Below, in pieces: positions 36,685 to 39,675 of a stretch of 39,675 nucleotides of DNA. The notes below the pieces were generated by a model. The model had not been told where the DNA came from, did not search any database, and worked only from the letters and a program-made list of their open reading frames with translations. The DNA lies in the IMG/VR virus record IMGVR_UViG_3300009678_000097, positions 1 through 39,675 of that record; one strand, 5' to 3'. Positions within the stretch are counted from its first letter, which is position 1. Every line of letters starts with the position of its first letter. The DNA comes from a virus. Its lineage: Duplodnaviria; Caudoviricetes. The position numbers and the translations under genes are program-made.

Positions 36685-36721
36685 CTTTAGGTAGCATTTT
36701 TTTTGAGTTTGTTTAGTAGCA

Positions 36722-36753
36722 GCCCTCCCCTATCCATGGGAGGGCATTCTTTT
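36722..36753 (+). terminator. Intrinsic terminator closing the island
   Basis: GCCCTCCC-CTATCCAT-GGGAGGGC then ATTCTTTT. Confidence 0.7.
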
Positions 36754-36801
36754 GCCCTCTCCTCATTTGGCGCAAAGCCCTAGAAAGCATATTTAGGGGT
36801 A

Positions 36802-37203
36802 ATGATTCAGCTAACCAAGGGCACTACAGTAGACGTAATAGTGACGGCAACCGAGAAGGTGACGCTTACAGCACCATACTTTCTGTGGGTATTTACAAAC
36901 CCTGAGACTGATAACACAGTTACGTGGATAGTCTCCAGCGTAGATGACCAAAGCCCTTTCCCTGAGCGGTACAATGACTTTAACATGGACGTGGACGTGG
37001 TGTTTTTTATGCAACCTGAGGGGCAATGGCACTACAAGATTTACGAGCAGGATAATGACACCAACACAGACCCCACGCTAGCTACTACCCTTGTAGAGCA
37101 GGGTATGCTCATTTTAAACAAGGCAGCAGCCAGCATACGAACTATTAAAAAGTTTGCACCTACAGCAGCCACAATAAAAGTATTTAATGAAACCACAGAG
37201 TAA
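36802..37203 (+). CDS. Hypothetical virion-associated protein
   Basis: 133 aa, beta-rich; overlaps the portal start; follows an ATATTTAGGGG motif. Confidence 0.6.
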   Translation: MIQLTKGTTVDVIVTATEKVTLTAPYFLWVFTNPETDNTVTWIVSSVDDQSPFPERYNDFNMDVDVVFFMQPEGQWHYKIYEQDNDTNTDPTLATTLVEQGMLILNKAAASIRTIKKFAPTAATIKVFNETTE

Positions 37204-39115
37204 AACAGACACAGTACATGTGCTCCAGTTTGCCGCTAAGGATATACCAGAGTACAAGGAGACCACTAGCGGGGCACGTAAGATAGTAAACTACGGGGCA
37301 GATAATAAGTTTCCAGACTACCTGCTAGAGCTTTACAGCAAGTCTCCAAAGCACGGAGCTATAGTAAAAGGCAAGGCCATGTACATAGCTGGCTCAGGCT
37401 TTGAGTTTAAGGACAAGCAAAGCGAGGGGCTTAATGAGAGCCTAAAGACAGTAAACAGGTACGGGGAAAGCCTTAACAAGGTAGGCAAAAAGTGCATACT
37501 TGATAATGAGATTTTCTATGGCTTTTACCTCCAGATTATCTATGGCAAGGGAGGCAAGGTATCGGACGTGCTCCACGTGGACTACAACAAGATACGGAGC
37601 AATGCAGATAACAGCATTTTCTATTATAAAGAAGACTGGAAAAAGACCACAGGAGAGGTAACCCCTTACCCCTGCTTTAATCCTGACAAGCCCACAGGTA
37701 CACAGATACTATACTACAAAGGCTACAGGGCTGGCATACAGACCTACACTATACCTGACTACCTGAATAGTCAAATGTACATTGAAAGTGACATTTTAGT
37801 AGCTGGCCATGTGCTGAACAATGCAAATAGCGGATTTACGGGCAGCAAAATGATTTCCTTCAATGACGGAGAGCCTAGCCCTGATGAGGCAAGAACCATA
37901 GAGACTAAGCTAAACGACAAGTTTACTGGCAGCAAAGGCAGCAAGCTGGTGGTGAACTTTTCAGCAAACCCTAACGTAGCCCCCACGGTGCTGGACTTAG
38001 GGGCTAGCGATATGTCAAAGGAGAACTTTACCCCTGTAGATGAGCTTATAAGTCAGAATATTTTTACAGGACACCAGATTGTTAGCCCTATGCTTTTTGG
38101 GGTACGCGTGGAGGGGCAGCTAGGTGGACGTAATGAAATGAGGGAGGCCTACGAGATATTTAAAAACACTTACATAAATAACAGGCAGCAAGAGGTAGAG
38201 GAGGTGTTTAATACAGTACTAGCCCTTAACGGCCTGCCTGAGGTAAGAATTGTGCCAGTAGAGCCAATAGGCTACGAGTTCAGCGAGCAGACCATAGTAC
38301 AGGTAGCTCCTAAGGCCTATATACTTGAAAAATTGGGCATTAACCCAAATGACTATGCAGAGGACGATGTAGAACCAGAGGCCAAGGACGAGGCTAAGAA
38401 TGCCCCTGAGCAGGTAGAGGAGGACGAGGACACGGAAGGAGAGGACGTAAAGAGCAAGACTAAAAAAAAAGAAAAGTTTAGCAGTCTAGATGACGAACTA
38501 GCCCTTACCTTATTTTCTCAGGTAGGGGAGGACAGTAAAGGCTATTTTAGGTATAGCAGCAAGAAGGTTTGTTTTCATTCAGACGAGGAGTGCAGGGCAG
38601 GAGAGATACAGGGCTACAGGCAGGCATTTGCTGAGATAACCATACTAGAGGCTAACATTATTGACCTGCTAAAGAAGGACAAGAGAGCTACCCCTGAGGT
38701 TATAGCAAAAGCTCTGGAGGTCTCCCCTGAGCTAGTGCAGAGAGTGTTAAGGACGCTCTCAGACAAGGGAATGATAAAAGTAGGCACGGAGAAAGTGGGA
38801 GACGAGAAGACCACCACAAGGGACGTAACAGAGGGAGGCAAGGAGGCTATAAGCAAAAGGACTCCAACGAGCACGGAGGTATTTATTAAATACAGCTACG
38901 AAGGTCCTGAGGATGAACGTAATAGAGATTTTTGCGCCCACATGCTAGACCTAGATAAGATATACTCACGTGTAGAAATTGAGCAGATAAGCCAAAGGCT
39001 AGGCTACTCAGTTTGGGAGCGCAGAGGGGGATTTTACACTAATTCAGTAACAGGGGAAACCACACCCTACTGCCGCCACTATTGGATGCAGCACATAGTT
39101 TTAAAAAGAAAGTAA
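37187..39115 (+). CDS. Portal protein with C-terminal HTH and MuF-like extension
   Basis: YG.DN.FP.YL.ELY..SP.H.AI, Y..PDY, GH....P.LFG; C-terminal YSY.G....R.FC..M and RGG...CRH.W. Confidence 0.85.
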   Translation: MKPQSKTDTVHVLQFAAKDIPEYKETTSGARKIVNYGADNKFPDYLLELYSKSPKHGAIVKGKAMYIAGSGFEFKDKQSEGLNESLKTVNRYGESLNKVGKKCILDNEIFYGFYLQIIYGKGGKVSDVLHVDYNKIRSNADNSIFYYKEDWKKTTGEVTPYPCFNPDKPTGTQILYYKGYRAGIQTYTIPDYLNSQMYIESDILVAGHVLNNANSGFTGSKMISFNDGEPSPDEARTIETKLNDKFTGSKGSKLVVNFSANPNVAPTVLDLGASDMSKENFTPVDELISQNIFTGHQIVSPMLFGVRVEGQLGGRNEMREAYEIFKNTYINNRQQEVEEVFNTVLALNGLPEVRIVPVEPIGYEFSEQTIVQVAPKAYILEKLGINPNDYAEDDVEPEAKDEAKNAPEQVEEDEDTEGEDVKSKTKKKEKFSSLDDELALTLFSQVGEDSKGYFRYSSKKVCFHSDEECRAGEIQGYRQAFAEITILEANIIDLLKKDKRATPEVIAKALEVSPELVQRVLRTLSDKGMIKVGTEKVGDEKTTTRDVTEGGKEAISKRTPTSTEVFIKYSYEGPEDERNRDFCAHMLDLDKIYSRVEIEQISQRLGYSVWERRGGFYTNSVTGETTPYCRHYWMQHIVLKRK

Positions 39116-39116
39116 T

Positions 39117-39620
39117 ATGAAACCTATAGCATATTTTTTGAGCGAGGAAACGCTAAAGGAGCGCACAGTAGTTAGTGCCCACGTGGACACAAAGCTACTT
39201 AACCAAGCAATTTGGGACGTGCAGGAGAGGGTAATGCAGCCCATACTAGGCACTACACTTTATAACAGGCTGGTAGCTGGCATAGATGCAGAGGACTTAA
39301 CGGCAGAGGAGACCACCCTACTGGAGGACTACCTGACCAATGCAATGCTTTTTTATGTCATTGCAGAGCTGCCCTACATGTTAGGCTACAAGTTCCACAA
39401 CAAGAACGTACTAAAGAAGACAGCAGAAAATGCAGAGGCAGCTAGTATGTCAGAGCTTGCAGACGTGATGAAGTACTATATGAACAAAGCAGAGTTTTAC
39501 GAGCAGAGGGCTATAGTATTTCTAAAAGAGCAGTACAAGCTAGGGATATTCCCTGAGTATGCAGAGTGCTACGACATGCCCCCTAACCAGAGTGGCTACA
39601 GGTGTGGCATAGTTCTTTAA
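39117..39620 (+). CDS. Head-tail adaptor protein
   Basis: Helical; Q.....ILGT.LY.RL, A.FY..R...FL; directly after the portal. Confidence 0.65.
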   Translation: MKPIAYFLSEETLKERTVVSAHVDTKLLNQAIWDVQERVMQPILGTTLYNRLVAGIDAEDLTAEETTLLEDYLTNAMLFYVIAELPYMLGYKFHNKNVLKKTAENAEAASMSELADVMKYYMNKAEFYEQRAIVFLKEQYKLGIFPEYAECYDMPPNQSGYRCGIVL

Positions 39621-39675
39621 AACTTATATATAGCTATATGAAACCACCACCCAAAAAGAAGGGGCAGGTATCTGA

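Larger units (their letters stand above)
1..39675. mobile_element. Temperate tailed phage genome (near-complete), Bacteroidota host
   Basis: Terminase, portal, capsid, tail, lysis, integrase, repressor and replication genes are all present; almost all genes are on the + strand; no host housekeeping genes seen. Confidence 0.95.

Noticed and set aside
1-39675. Stop-codon reassignment
   Set aside because: The standard code gives dense, full-length genes, and TAA, TAG and TGA all end genes

Overview
The window looks like an almost complete ~39.7 kb genome of a temperate, long-tailed (siphovirus-like) phage of a Bacteroidota host. Host evidence is the TTTG..TAnnTTTG promoters, A-rich leaders with no Shine-Dalgarno motif, a Bacteroidota-type tyrosine integrase and primase-helicase, and Bacteroidota-like fibre motifs. 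An intact attP-like region lies next to the integrase, and head-tail adaptor and tail-terminator-like genes sit at the two window ends, so this is probably the excised or virion form opened in the neck module. Modules in order: tail fibre and lysis (0.5-6.5 kb), an island of small genes (7.6-9.6 kb), attP/integrase/repressor switch (9.6-12.2 kb), Bet/SSB/initiator/primase-helicase/VRR-NUC (12.3-17 kb), sigma-like factor, ParB and terminase (17.7-21.6 kb), tail and head genes (22.8-32.3 kb), an AAA+/VWA island (32.4-36.8 kb), and portal and adaptor. The most unusual signals are non-coding: (1) the palindrome CCACGTGG occurs at least 15 times while GATC is almost absent; (2) a second, orphan copy of the replication-origin repeat architecture with altered iterons lies between protease and scaffold; (3) a repeated promoter + CA-rich leader + hairpin-linker cassette drives three gene islands; (4) GU-rich pre-terminator tails are complementary to those leaders. 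All product calls come from motif recognition by eye, and motif counts are manual; no database search was run.
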